Assembly (NCBI GenBank): GCA_018895075.1
Contig: JAHIOW010000042.1
Location: forward strand, 1-52,445
Origin: Candidatus Omnitrophota bacterium
Lineage (GTDB): Bacteria > Omnitrophota > Gorgyraeia > Gygaellales > Profunditerraquicolaceae
Length of the DNA: 52,445 nucleotides
Direction of reading: 5' to 3'
Positions 17,535 to 26,740 of the stretch are shown in pieces. Below the pieces are notes generated by a model. The model did not search any database, was not told the DNA's origin, and was given only the letters and a program-made list of their open reading frames with translations. Numbering within the stretch: the first letter of the stretch is position 1; each line of letters starts with the position of its first letter. A program made the translations under genes and the position numbers.

Positions 17535-18371
17535 TTATTCTAACTCCTTTAATGCTCTCTCCGCCTCTTCTTTGGTCGGTGCCCGTCCATGAAAATCCAC
17601 AACATTCTCCATAAAAGAAACGCCCTTACCTTTTATAGTGTGGGCAATAATTATACAGGGTTTGGCCTTTATTGTCCTGGCCTCCTGATAAGCAGACAGG
17701 ATTTCCTTTATATTGTGTCCGTCTATCTCTATAGCATGCCAACCAAATGCCTGCCACTTAGCCAATAAGGGCTCTAAATTCATAATATCCTTAGTGGTGC
17801 CGTCGATCTGAAAACCATTATAATCTAATATGGCGCACAGATTATCACATTTATAATGGCTGGCTGCCATAGCTGCCTCCCAGATATTGCCTTCCTGGAT
17901 TTCGCCGTCACCTAAGAGCACATATACGCGGTAATCTTTTTTGTCAATTTTGGCTGCCAGGCCCATCCCTAAGGCCACAGATAAACCTTGTCCTAATGAA
18001 CCGCTGGCTACATCTACACCCGGCGTACGCCTATCAGGATGACCCTGGAGAAGCGAACCTAATCTTCTTAATGACCACAGGTGTTCTACAGGAAAATATC
18101 CGCTTTCTGCCAATACCGCATACCACAAAGGGCAACAATGGCCCTTGGACATATGGAATCTATCTCTATCCGGCCAGAGGGGATCGCCAGGATTATATCT
18201 CAATAACGCTTCTGCCGTCGCTAAATTGCCAAAATAAAGGCAGGTAATTAAATCCGCGGCAGAAAGACTTCCTCCCGGGTGGCCTGAGCCTGCCTGAGCA
18301 AGCATCTGGATGATAAGCCGCCTGATTTGTTTTGCCTTCTCTTCTAATTTCTTAATCTGGACTTCAATCAT
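17535..18371 (-). CDS. Transketolase, N-terminal (TPP-binding) subunit
   Basis: SGHPGGSLS, DRFHMSKGH, LQGHP, GSLGQG, GDGE..EG..WEA. Confidence 0.95.
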   Translation of the reverse strand: MIEVQIKKLEEKAKQIRRLIIQMLAQAGSGHPGGSLSAADLITCLYFGNLATAEALLRYNPGDPLWPDRDRFHMSKGHCCPLWYAVLAESGYFPVEHLWSLRRLGSLLQGHPDRRTPGVDVASGSLGQGLSVALGMGLAAKIDKKDYRVYVLLGDGEIQEGNIWEAAMAASHYKCDNLCAILDYNGFQIDGTTKDIMNLEPLLAKWQAFGWHAIEIDGHNIKEILSAYQEARTIKAKPCIIIAHTIKGKGVSFMENVVDFHGRAPTKEEAERALKELE

Positions 18372-19336
18372 TGCAATTTATTTAATTTTTCCTTAACGCC
18401 GTCTTGCCCAGAATCTAATTCCAGGGAACTCTGCCAACTTGCCTTTGCCTTCGTAAAATCTCCTACCTTAAAATAAACATCGCCTAAATGATCCTGGATA
18501 ACCGGATCTTGTAATAGCGCATTTGCTCTCTCTAACTGTTCTATGGCTTCATTAAATTTACCCTGCTTAAAATAGAGCCAACCCAGGCTATCCACATAAG
18601 CGCCATTATCAGGTTCTATCTGGAGGGCTTTTTTGATCATAATCTCTGCCTGCTCTAAATTTTTATTTTCTTGCGCATAGAGGTATCCTAAATAATTTAG
18701 AGCCTGGTGATAATCAGGTTGTAACTCCAGGACCATCTTTAACTCTTCTTCTGCCTTCTGTTTATTTTTTAATTCATCGTAGATATTGCCTAAATAAAAA
18801 TGCGCCTCCACATCAAGGGGGGACAGTTCCAGTATTAACCGGTATATATTCTCTGCGGATTCTAACTTTTTCTGCTGCAGATAAATCATACCTAAACTTT
18901 TATAAATGTCTGTGTTTTCAGGCTGGGCCTTGGAGGCGTTCATAAGCGCGGCTTCATATTCACGGTTTGCCTCTTCGACTTTGTTTTGTGAAGAATAAAG
19001 GAGTGCTAATATTGCATGCGGCTCTACTGCTTCCGGGTCAAATTTTATGGCAAGATTTAATTCTTCAATTGCCTTTACAAGCTGGTTAATCTTTATAAAA
19101 CTAGAAGCTAAGTTTAAATGAATAACTGAATTTTTATAATCTGCTTTTAAGGCCTGTTGATATTCCCCGATAGCCTTATCTATGTCGCCGAGCTCATCGT
19201 ACATCTCTGCCATGATATAATGGCTTAAGGCGACTGATGATCTCTTATCGAAAGTAAGGGCTTCTGTATTTATTAACAGGCATAGCGCCAGACAAAAAAA
19301 TAGCCATCCCCCTGCTCTTTTAAAATTATAAAACAT
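18368..19336 (-). CDS. Exported tetratricopeptide repeat protein
   Basis: Signal peptide, several TPR units, ALNYLGY..DSLGW..DHLGD. Confidence 0.88.
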   Translation of the reverse strand: MFYNFKRAGGWLFFCLALCLLINTEALTFDKRSSVALSHYIMAEMYDELGDIDKAIGEYQQALKADYKNSVIHLNLASSFIKINQLVKAIEELNLAIKFDPEAVEPHAILALLYSSQNKVEEANREYEAALMNASKAQPENTDIYKSLGMIYLQQKKLESAENIYRLILELSPLDVEAHFYLGNIYDELKNKQKAEEELKMVLELQPDYHQALNYLGYLYAQENKNLEQAEIMIKKALQIEPDNGAYVDSLGWLYFKQGKFNEAIEQLERANALLQDPVIQDHLGDVYFKVGDFTKAKASWQSSLELDSGQDGVKEKLNKLQ

Positions 19337-19363
19337 TATAGGTTAAACTGCGATTGGTAGGTT

Positions 19364-19465
19364 TTAACCCCAATCCCTCTTCTTCAGATGGCGGAAACGA
19401 CGGCGCATCTTCTTTCTCTTGTGGGTCTTTATCTTCCTTTTTTTTCTCTTTCTGCCGCAAGGCAT
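19364..19465 (-). CDS. Small basic protein, bS22 / AURKAIP1-COX24 (DUF1713) type ribosomal protein; absent from the ORF track
   Basis: Hand translation MPCGRKRKKRKIKTHKRKKMRRRFRHLKKRDWG*, preceded by AAGGAG. Confidence 0.85.
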   Translation of the reverse strand: MPCGRKRKKRKIKTHKRKKMRRRFRHLKKRDWG

Positions 19466-19479
19466 ATCCTTCGCTCCTT

Positions 19480-20364
19480 TTAATATATTACCTTATTCAA
19501 CGGGTATTCGATAATCCCTTCCGCGCCTGCTTTTTTTAATTCCGGAATTAATATACGTACGACCTTTTCATCAATTATTGTCTCAATGGCAAACCAGCCT
19601 TCTTGCGAGAGGCCGGAGATAGTAGGATTTTTTAACGCCGGCAGGAGAGCGATTACCTTTTTAAGGTCTGTCTTTCTAGCGTTCATTTTTAGGCCTACCT
19701 TTTCTTCTGCAGCTATGGCGCCTTTCAATAAAACTACTATTTGCTCCATCTTGCTTTTCTTCCAGCTATCTTTATAGGCGCCTTTATTGGCGATAAACTG
19801 GGTGGTGGATTCAAGAATAGTGGCGATCTCCTGTAATTTATTTTCCCTCAGGCTGCTTCCGGTCTCGGTTAATTCTACAATAGCATCCACCAACCCGGAC
19901 CTTACTTTCACTTCGGTAGCCCCCCAGCTGAATTCTATCTCTGCCTTTACCTTATTTTTATTAAAGTATTCCTTGGTTACATTTACTAACTCCGTAGCCA
20001 CACGCCTGCCTTCCAGGTCTTTAATTGACCTAAGGCCAGAGCCTTCAGGCACTGCCAAGACCCATCTTACCTTATTTAAACTTTGCTTGGAATAAACTAA
20101 ATCCGTAATCTTTACCACATCAGATTTATTTTCCAGTATCCAGTCATTGCCGGTAATGCCGCAATCTAAAGCGCCATCCTGGACATACCTGGACATCTCC
20201 TGGGAACGCAATAGTACCGGTTGTATCTGGGGATCATCAATTGCCGGGAAATATGAACGCTGGGAAGGCAGGGAAAGATTAAAACCTGCCTTCTTAAACA
20301 TCTTAAAGGTCGCCTCTTGAAGGCTCCCTTTAGGTAGACCTAATTTTAAAATTTGATTTTTCAT
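19480..20364 (-). CDS. hisG: ATP phosphoribosyltransferase, long form
   Basis: LPKGSL, DCGITG.D, SWGATEVK, ETGSSL, C-terminal regulatory domain (PTIS.L, AGAEGI). Confidence 0.96.
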   Translation of the reverse strand: MKNQILKLGLPKGSLQEATFKMFKKAGFNLSLPSQRSYFPAIDDPQIQPVLLRSQEMSRYVQDGALDCGITGNDWILENKSDVVKITDLVYSKQSLNKVRWVLAVPEGSGLRSIKDLEGRRVATELVNVTKEYFNKNKVKAEIEFSWGATEVKVRSGLVDAIVELTETGSSLRENKLQEIATILESTTQFIANKGAYKDSWKKSKMEQIVVLLKGAIAAEEKVGLKMNARKTDLKKVIALLPALKNPTISGLSQEGWFAIETIIDEKVVRILIPELKKAGAEGIIEYPLNKVIY

Positions 20365-20404
20365 TTTTAATATCCTTTAATTGGCCTTTCGCCACAATCT
20401 GTTT

Positions 20405-20433
20405 ATTATACAAATTTAATCATGCTTTGTAAA
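20405..20433 (-). promoter_or_regulatory. sigma70 promoter for the hisG operon
   Basis: Minus strand TTTACA-N17-TATAAT in the divergent spacer. Confidence 0.6.
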
Positions 20434-20441
20434 GAAAAAAT

Positions 20442-20469
20442 TTGCCATATTTATATTTTCCTATATAAT
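20442..20469 (+). promoter_or_regulatory. sigma70 promoter for the PpiD-like gene
   Basis: TTGCCA-N16-TATAAT. Confidence 0.5.
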
Positions 20470-20471
20470 AT

Positions 20472-20499
20472 TGGGGACGCTCCCTTTGGTGCCACCCTT
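20472..20499. repeat. 28-bp dispersed repeat, copy 1
   Basis: TGGGGACGCTCC-N4-GGTGCCACCCTT; 24/28 identical to 26663-26690. Confidence 0.75.
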
Positions 20500-20557
20500 G
20501 GCAATTAGAACCTATTTTATTGCTAAGAGTTACAATGCAACTTATCACTTTAGTTAT

Positions 20558-21997
20558 ATGCTGAGGCAATTACGCGATAAAAAAACTGCAAAAAGGATAT
20601 GGATTTTCCTGGCTATCGTGATTGTACCTGCCTTTGTCCTCTGGGGTTCAGGCAGCCTTATCCGTGGCAGAGAAAAAACAAACCTCGCCGGTAAAATCTT
20701 CGGTAAGAAGGTGTCGTCTTTAGACTATCAGGATGCCCTTATCGCTGTAAAAAATCAAGCCGTTATTCAATTCGGAGATAATTTTTCAGAGGTCCAGAAA
20801 TATCTAAACTTAGAAAACAAGGCCTGGGAAAGACTGGTCTTGCTGAGCGAGGCAAAAAGACGCAGGATAAAAATAGATAACCGGGAGGTTGTTTCATTAA
20901 TCCAGAGTTATCCCTTTTTCCAGAAAGATGGCTACTTCAACCAGCAGATATATTCATCAATGCTTGAATATGTCTTCCGCACGCCCGCGCGTGTATTTGA
21001 AGAGCAGGCCCGCCAAAATATAATACTGGCCAGGCTCTACAAAGTACTTACGGATAGCGTAAGCATAAACGAGGAAGAAGTTAAAGAGGCATACCGCAAG
21101 AATAACGAAGAGATAAGCATCTCTTATATACTCAGCCTATATTCTGATTTTACCAAAGACCTAACCCCTTCCCAGGAAGAGATTAAAGGTTATTTCGCCA
21201 GTAACTCATTTAAATTTAAAAAGCCCCTTTCTTTTAATATGGATTACGCATCTCTGGTCTTGGGAGATAATGAAGACCAGGAAGCGATGAAAGATAAAAT
21301 AACAAAAATCTTATTACGTTTAAATAAAAAAGAGGAGTTTGCCGAAGTCGCCAAGGATTTTAACCTCAGCGTAAAAGAAACAGGGCTATTTACCCAAACT
21401 GATCCTATCCCCGGTATTGGTTGGTCGCCAAAAATCTTGAGTTTCATCTCCCAAGTCAAGCCGGGCGAGTTCCTGCCGCCTATATATGTGGATAAAAATT
21501 ATTATATCGCCAGGCTCAAAGAAAGAAAGCCGCCCTACATACCTGATTTTGAAACTATAGAGGATAAAGTAAGAGAAGCTTTTATAAAAGAAGAGGCCCA
21601 AAAATTATCTAAGTTAAAAATAGAAGCTTGCCTTCAAAAATTACAAGAGATATACCAGATAAATCCTAACTCCATAAATTTTGACAAGATAGCCAAGGAA
21701 TATGGCCTGCGCTCAGGCTCTACCGATCTATTTAAATACGGCAGCTATATAGAGGGGATTGGCGCTTCTGATAATTTCTGGTCTGTCGCCATTGGCTTAA
21801 AGCAAGATGAATTTAGCCCAGTTATTGATGTACCTTCCGGCCTTTATATTATTAAGTTACAATCAAAAGTACCCATAGATGAGAAAAAATTCGAAACAGA
21901 AAAGGATGGATTTGCTGAGGAGTTATTATCGCGGAAAAAAGAAGAATATTTTACTAAGTTTCTAGAGGAATTAAAAAGAAAGATTTTGACTTTCTGA
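20558..21997 (+). CDS. PpiD/SurA N-terminal-domain membrane-anchored periplasmic chaperone
   Basis: ML..LR, single TM (IVPAFVLWG), PFFQKDGYFN..Y, degenerate parvulin-like F.EVAK.F repeats. ATG 20558 preferred. Confidence 0.82.
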   Translation: MLRQLRDKKTAKRIWIFLAIVIVPAFVLWGSGSLIRGREKTNLAGKIFGKKVSSLDYQDALIAVKNQAVIQFGDNFSEVQKYLNLENKAWERLVLLSEAKRRRIKIDNREVVSLIQSYPFFQKDGYFNQQIYSSMLEYVFRTPARVFEEQARQNIILARLYKVLTDSVSINEEEVKEAYRKNNEEISISYILSLYSDFTKDLTPSQEEIKGYFASNSFKFKKPLSFNMDYASLVLGDNEDQEAMKDKITKILLRLNKKEEFAEVAKDFNLSVKETGLFTQTDPIPGIGWSPKILSFISQVKPGEFLPPIYVDKNYYIARLKERKPPYIPDFETIEDKVREAFIKEEAQKLSKLKIEACLQKLQEIYQINPNSINFDKIAKEYGLRSGSTDLFKYGSYIEGIGASDNFWSVAIGLKQDEFSPVIDVPSGLYIIKLQSKVPIDEKKFETEKDGFAEELLSRKKEEYFTKFLEELKRKILTF

Positions 21998-21999
21998 TA

Positions 22000-22182
22000 T
22001 TAACTTACCTTAATAGAATTCACCGGGCATTGTTCAGCTACTTCTCCCAGATTATGCTCAGCACAGCTTCCTGATTTAACATGGGCAATACCATCGCCCT
22101 GAATCTCGAATACCTCAGGACATGCCTGTTCGCATAAACCGCAACCCACGCACGTAGAGGCATCTACGCTTACCTTAGGCAT
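22000..22182 (-). CDS. Monocluster ferredoxin
   Basis: CVGCGLC..CPEVF ... CPVNSI. Confidence 0.92.
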   Translation of the reverse strand: MPKVSVDASTCVGCGLCEQACPEVFEIQGDGIAHVKSGSCAEHNLGEVAEQCPVNSIKVS

Positions 22183-22193
22183 AACTTTCCCTC

Positions 22194-22673
22194 CTATCTT
22201 TCCAATAAATTTTCAAACATCTCTTCATGATTAACTTCTTCGGATAATATGTGCGTTATTAACTGATATGTGACGTGGTCTTTGCCCTGTGTCTTCTTGG
22301 CAATTTTATTATACACTTCAATCGCGCCTGCTTCAGATTCGCTGACTATACGGATTATCCTGTTTATATCTGCCATGTTTTTGGGAGGCATGATATAAGA
22401 GGCGTTGGCATTCTTTTCTAAATCCATAGGATTAGCAGAGGGCAAATCCCCTAATTTGATAATCAGGTCCGCTAATTCCTGCGCATGTTCTAACTCATCC
22501 TTGGCCAGTTTGTTCAATAACCCCTGGATATCCTCATAGGACTTACCGGAAACTGTCTGCGCCATATACCAATAAAGGTAAAATGCTAACCACTCATCCG
22601 CATAGGCCTTATTTAAATCTTTTACCAGGTCCTTTAAGCTTAAATCCACGATAGCCCTTGCCTGTTTTCCCAT
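22194..22673 (-). CDS. Ferritin-like (Dps-like / bacterioferritin-related) protein
   Basis: AYADEWLA.Y.Y, ELEHA, E..AI.VY, EEVNHE di-iron ligands. Confidence 0.88.
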   Translation of the reverse strand: MGKQARAIVDLSLKDLVKDLNKAYADEWLAFYLYWYMAQTVSGKSYEDIQGLLNKLAKDELEHAQELADLIIKLGDLPSANPMDLEKNANASYIMPPKNMADINRIIRIVSESEAGAIEVYNKIAKKTQGKDHVTYQLITHILSEEVNHEEMFENLLER

Positions 22674-22689
22674 ATCTTTCCACCTCCTT

Positions 22690-23592
22690 TTAACATTCAG
22701 TAGAGAGGTTTTTCTCGCTACTCGTTACTCTCAGATTGTATTTTTCTATGTTATGATTTGCTATCTCCTGAATCTTCTTAATCTCCTCGGGGTTGTTCAG
22801 TAAATGCTTGAATCTTCCTTGCAGTTTCAAATATTCCTCAACGGGTGAGGGTTTTATTTTACGCACCGCAATAAGTCTTGTATTTTCATATTCAACCAAA
22901 GGATAAAGCCCGGCCTCTACCGCTGTCTTTGCTACTTGCGCTGTCTGTACGGGTTCATGCCGCCAGCCCAAAGGACAGGGTACATGTATCTGTATATATT
23001 TGGGACCTTTGATGGAAACCGCCTTTTTGACTTTCCTTTGCAAATCCTGAGGAAAACCTACTGAAGCTGTAGCCACATAAGGTATCCCATGGGCATTGGC
23101 AATCTCAGGCATAGGTTTTTTGGGGCGGATATTCCCCGAGGATGCGCTACCTGCAGGGCTGGTGGTGGTATTGGCATCAAAAGGTGTAAGGCCACTGCGC
23201 TGAATTCCAGTATTCATATAAGCTTCGTTGTCGTAACAAACATAGAGTATATCCTGGCCTCTCTCAAACATGCCTGAGAGCGCCTGCAGTCCAATATCTG
23301 CTGTGCCACCATCGCCTCCCTGAGCAATGACATTAACGGTATCTTTCTTACCTAAATATATCAAAGCCGCCTCAATGCCTGAAGCCACGGCAGCAGCATT
23401 TTCAAAAAGCGAATGAATCCAGGGAACCCCCCAAGAAGACTCAGGATACTTTGTGGAAAAAACCTCCAGGCACCCTGTATTATTGGCTACAATGGTATTA
23501 GGGCCACTGGCCTCAATTACCAGGCGCGCTCCCAGTGACTGGCCGCATCCTACACAGGCAGTATGGCCTGGGGCAAAGAGCTGTCTATTCAT
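22690..23592 (-). CDS. porB: Pyruvate:ferredoxin oxidoreductase beta subunit
   Basis: GHTACVGCG, TGCLEV, GGDGGTADIG, DNEAYMNTGIQRS, PCPLGW. Confidence 0.93.
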   Translation of the reverse strand: MNRQLFAPGHTACVGCGQSLGARLVIEASGPNTIVANNTGCLEVFSTKYPESSWGVPWIHSLFENAAAVASGIEAALIYLGKKDTVNVIAQGGDGGTADIGLQALSGMFERGQDILYVCYDNEAYMNTGIQRSGLTPFDANTTTSPAGSASSGNIRPKKPMPEIANAHGIPYVATASVGFPQDLQRKVKKAVSIKGPKYIQIHVPCPLGWRHEPVQTAQVAKTAVEAGLYPLVEYENTRLIAVRKIKPSPVEEYLKLQGRFKHLLNNPEEIKKIQEIANHNIEKYNLRVTSSEKNLSTEC

Positions 23593-24766
23593 AAGTCTCC
23601 TTTAAGAGTTCAGGTTTTAAATCAATAAACTCACAGGCCCTTTCTTTGGCAGTAAGCAGGCGAAATATCTCTTTTATAGAATCCTTGGTGATATCCCGGC
23701 CACCCAAACCAGCGACAAAACTACTGATAACCTGCGGTTGTTTCTTTTTACCGAAAAATGCCGCCTTGACCTCTACTGCCAATGGCGCGTAAGAACCCAG
23801 AGACAAGGCCTTATCCAATACCGCTACCCTGGGTATATTCTTTAATCTCTCGTAAATCTCCTGATGCGGAAAAGGCCGATAAGTGGTAATCTTCAGTAAT
23901 CCTACTTTCTTACCCTTTGCCCGCAGCTCATCCACAACCTCTTTTATTGTGCCGCAGACCGACCCCATAGCCACAATAACCCGCTGGGCATCTTTGGTGC
24001 GATATTCCTCGATAAGTCCGTGGTATTGCCGGCCGAAAACTTTAAAGAATTGGGCGGTTATTTGAGGAATTAACTTAATGACCTCTTTGTGGGTCTCCTG
24101 AATCGCGAAACGCATCTCCATATAATATTCAGGGTCAACTAATGGGCCCATGGTAAGAGGTCTTTCCGGGTCAAGTTTATAAAGGGCTGAATATGGAGGC
24201 AGGAATTTATCTACCTCCTCCTGCTGGGGCATATCTATAGTTTCTATCCCATGGGTAAGGATAAAACCATCCATACAGACCATTACCGGCAGCATTACAG
24301 ATTTGTCTTCTGCGACTCTATAACCTATTAAATGTAAGTCTACTACTTCTTGTATATCCTCTGCATAAAACTGAATGAAGCCGCAATCACGCATGGAAAC
24401 AGAATCCTGCTGGTCATTCCAGATGTTGATGGGCGCCGAAATTGCCCTGTTGGCGCAGGTAAGCATTACCGGCAGGCGTAGTCCAGCGATATTAAAAAGT
24501 ACTTCTCCCATATAGAACAACCCCTGCGAACTGGTAGCAGTATAGGCCCTGACGCCTGTGGCCACTGCGCCCAAGACCACTGATGCCGCAGAGTGCTCTG
24601 ATTCTACATTCACAAACTGGGAATTCAATTGACCATCTGCCACCATCTGAGCCAATCCCTCTACAATATGCGTCTGGGGAGTTATAGGATAAGCAGAAAT
24701 AACCCCTGGCTTGCATAATTTAACCACCCTTGTTACAGCTTGAGAACCTTCCAAAAACTCTCTCAT
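23585..24766 (-). CDS. porA: Pyruvate:ferredoxin oxidoreductase alpha subunit
   Basis: AYPITPQT, VESEHSA, TATSSQGL, NRAISAPINIW, GLGGRD. Confidence 0.94.
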   Translation of the reverse strand: MREFLEGSQAVTRVVKLCKPGVISAYPITPQTHIVEGLAQMVADGQLNSQFVNVESEHSAASVVLGAVATGVRAYTATSSQGLFYMGEVLFNIAGLRLPVMLTCANRAISAPINIWNDQQDSVSMRDCGFIQFYAEDIQEVVDLHLIGYRVAEDKSVMLPVMVCMDGFILTHGIETIDMPQQEEVDKFLPPYSALYKLDPERPLTMGPLVDPEYYMEMRFAIQETHKEVIKLIPQITAQFFKVFGRQYHGLIEEYRTKDAQRVIVAMGSVCGTIKEVVDELRAKGKKVGLLKITTYRPFPHQEIYERLKNIPRVAVLDKALSLGSYAPLAVEVKAAFFGKKKQPQVISSFVAGLGGRDITKDSIKEIFRLLTAKERACEFIDLKPELLKETYE

Positions 24767-24769
24767 CTT

Positions 24770-25033
24770 TTATTCCTTTAGTTCTTCCTCAATCATGGTG
24801 ATATCGGCTTTAGGGCAAATAAAAGCGCAAAGCCCGCAACCTTTACAAAATTCATAATCACAGTAAAAGGTATTCTTTTGCGCTCCCTCAATACAGTCTT
24901 CAGGACAAGTCAGGGCGCACATCTTACAGGCAATACAATCCTTCTGTAAGAATTTTGGCCTTAGTTCAGTGCGCCAAGAGCCAGTTTTGTTATTTCTGCT
25001 TGTACCTGGTTTTACATTAAGCGGGCCAAACAT
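24770..25033 (-). CDS. porD: Pyruvate:ferredoxin oxidoreductase delta subunit (2x[4Fe-4S])
   Basis: TGSWR..RP, CIACKMC..CP, CKGCGLC..CP. Confidence 0.92.
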   Translation of the reverse strand: MFGPLNVKPGTSRNNKTGSWRTELRPKFLQKDCIACKMCALTCPEDCIEGAQKNTFYCDYEFCKGCGLCAFICPKADITMIEEELKE

Positions 25034-25035
25034 AC

Positions 25036-25587
25036 CTACCTCTTAATCTTATCTTTAATAAACTCGAATCCCTGTTTAACTGCCTGGAGATTTGCCTCCC
25101 GGGCCTTGCCGGAAAATCTTTTCTTTATTGCCTCCAGCAAGATATCCAGGTCAAATTCATTGGTGGCGCAGGCAAATGCGCCCAATAAGGCAGTATTACC
25201 TAAGGGCCGGCCTATGGTCTTTAATGCAATATCATTGGCAGGCACCAGGAAAACTTTTTGAGTTGCCTTGACCTTAGGTACCTCTATTCCTTGTTTCCCA
25301 TTTACAATAGCAATTCCTGCTTCCGCCAGCCCTAAGAAACAATTAACCCCGCGCATCAGCGTAGGATCAACAACTACAACATAATCCGGCTTATAAATCT
25401 GGCTTCTTAACCGCACTGGCCTTGAATCTACGCGCACAAAGGCATTCATCGGCGCCCCCATCCTGGCTGCGCCAAAATGCGGGAAGGCATAAGGATACAT
25501 CCCTTTTAAAAAGTAGGCGTATCCCAATAAAAATGCGGTAGTAATTGCTCCCTGGCCGGCACGGGCATGGATACGTATTTCCTTCAT
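25036..25587 (-). CDS. porC: Pyruvate:ferredoxin oxidoreductase gamma subunit
   Basis: EIRIHARAGQGA, FGAARMGAP, NTALLGA. ATG 25587 preferred. Confidence 0.92.
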   Translation of the reverse strand: MKEIRIHARAGQGAITTAFLLGYAYFLKGMYPYAFPHFGAARMGAPMNAFVRVDSRPVRLRSQIYKPDYVVVVDPTLMRGVNCFLGLAEAGIAIVNGKQGIEVPKVKATQKVFLVPANDIALKTIGRPLGNTALLGAFACATNEFDLDILLEAIKKRFSGKAREANLQAVKQGFEFIKDKIKR

Positions 25588-25619
25588 CGATTTAGCCCCT
25601 TTCAAAAAAACGCCTATCT

Positions 25620-25648
25620 ATAATACGATTTTTAAGCGAATTTGTCAA
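25620..25648 (-). promoter_or_regulatory. sigma70 promoter for the por operon
   Basis: Minus strand TTGACA-N17-TATTAT. Confidence 0.65.
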
Positions 25649-25659
25649 ACACTTTATTC

Positions 25660-26697
25660 TTAAGGGGTTTTTCCTCTTATGGAAAAGGATACTTCTGAAA
25701 GGAGTTTGAATATCTTATCTGATTTTTGGGTGTCAAGGCTGCCTAAACCACAACTAGGGCTCAGAAGCAGGCTATTTAGCAAGGGCTCTTTGTCTAACCC
25801 TTTCTTTACTAATACATTAATACCCTCATCCAGCCTTTCTCTCAGGGAATCCGGCGTCTCTTGGCCTGAAAATTCGCTTGTCGGCACTATCCCCCAGCAG
25901 ATGATGCCGCCCCTTTTAATAAATTCCTTAAGATTATCTGCATAAAGTGTAAATTTATCTAAAAAGCCAAAGGCATCAAAATTAATTATATCTAAGGCCT
26001 TGATTTCAGTAAAGATAGACCAGTCAGTATTACCGCAACAGTGCACCCCTAACAGAACATCCGCTTTAGACTTTATACCCCCGGTAAGTTCGCTCAAGCC
26101 CTTTATCACATCCTCTCTGTTTATAGGGGTGTAAGCAGAGCCAAAAGCCCCCAGATATGGCTCATCTAAAAACATAATTATCTTTTTGGCAAACTTCTCC
26201 AAAAATCTTATCTGCCAAAGCGCTTTCATCTTCAGGCCCTCGATGATTGCCTGCATAAATACCGGCTCGTGTAAAAGCGCTTTGCCATTTTCATCCTTTA
26301 TGCTTGCGGCAAAGGTAAAAGGCCCGGTAGTATGGCATTTGAGGGACTCTACATCTTTCAATAACTCTGGCTTATCTGATAATCTTTGAGCAAATGCATA
26401 CAGGCCAGAGGCGTAATCTTGAGTTATTTTGAAATATTCTAGGTCTTGATTGATAACCTTCTCATAGAATTTCTCTAATTCTTTTACTTCTATACCGGCT
26501 AAACCCTGGCTGAATTGAGCCACCATACCCTCACGGGTATCCCTGTTGGGTAATTGCGGCCAAAAGGGAATCTGGGGTATATATTTAAAGATTAAATCTA
26601 AGGCCGCCTGGACATCCTTATGCGGCAGGCTCCCTATTCCTGTAGCCATCCCTCTCAATTTATGGGGACGCTCCTCAAGGTGCCACCCTTTAGTCAT
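25660..26697 (-). CDS. Single-domain (core) MetE-like methionine synthase
   Basis: ATGIGSLPH, PFWPQLP, TGPFT, DEP, GVHCCG, WGIVPT, SPSCGLG. Exact start uncertain because a repeat overlaps the 5' end. Confidence 0.8.
   Translation of the reverse strand: MTKGWHLEERPHKLRGMATGIGSLPHKDVQAALDLIFKYIPQIPFWPQLPNRDTREGMVAQFSQGLAGIEVKELEKFYEKVINQDLEYFKITQDYASGLYAFAQRLSDKPELLKDVESLKCHTTGPFTFAASIKDENGKALLHEPVFMQAIIEGLKMKALWQIRFLEKFAKKIIMFLDEPYLGAFGSAYTPINREDVIKGLSELTGGIKSKADVLLGVHCCGNTDWSIFTEIKALDIINFDAFGFLDKFTLYADNLKEFIKRGGIICWGIVPTSEFSGQETPDSLRERLDEGINVLVKKGLDKEPLLNSLLLSPSCGLGSLDTQKSDKIFKLLSEVSFSIRGKTP
26663..26690. repeat. 28-bp dispersed repeat, copy 2
   Basis: TGGGGACGCTCCTCAAGGTGCCACCCTT. Confidence 0.75.
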
Positions 26698-26740
26698 ATA
26701 ACCCTCGTATTTTCAATATGTTATAAATCCAACCCTGTAA

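Noticed and set aside
18208-18224. Short extra peptide (NLATAEAL) in the transketolase N-subunit, and an imperfect hairpin at 29126-29152 in the TlpA gene, as further palindrome insertions
   Set aside because: They share only GTCGCT / GCTTCTGC fragments and weak pairing; not supportable without orthologue alignments.
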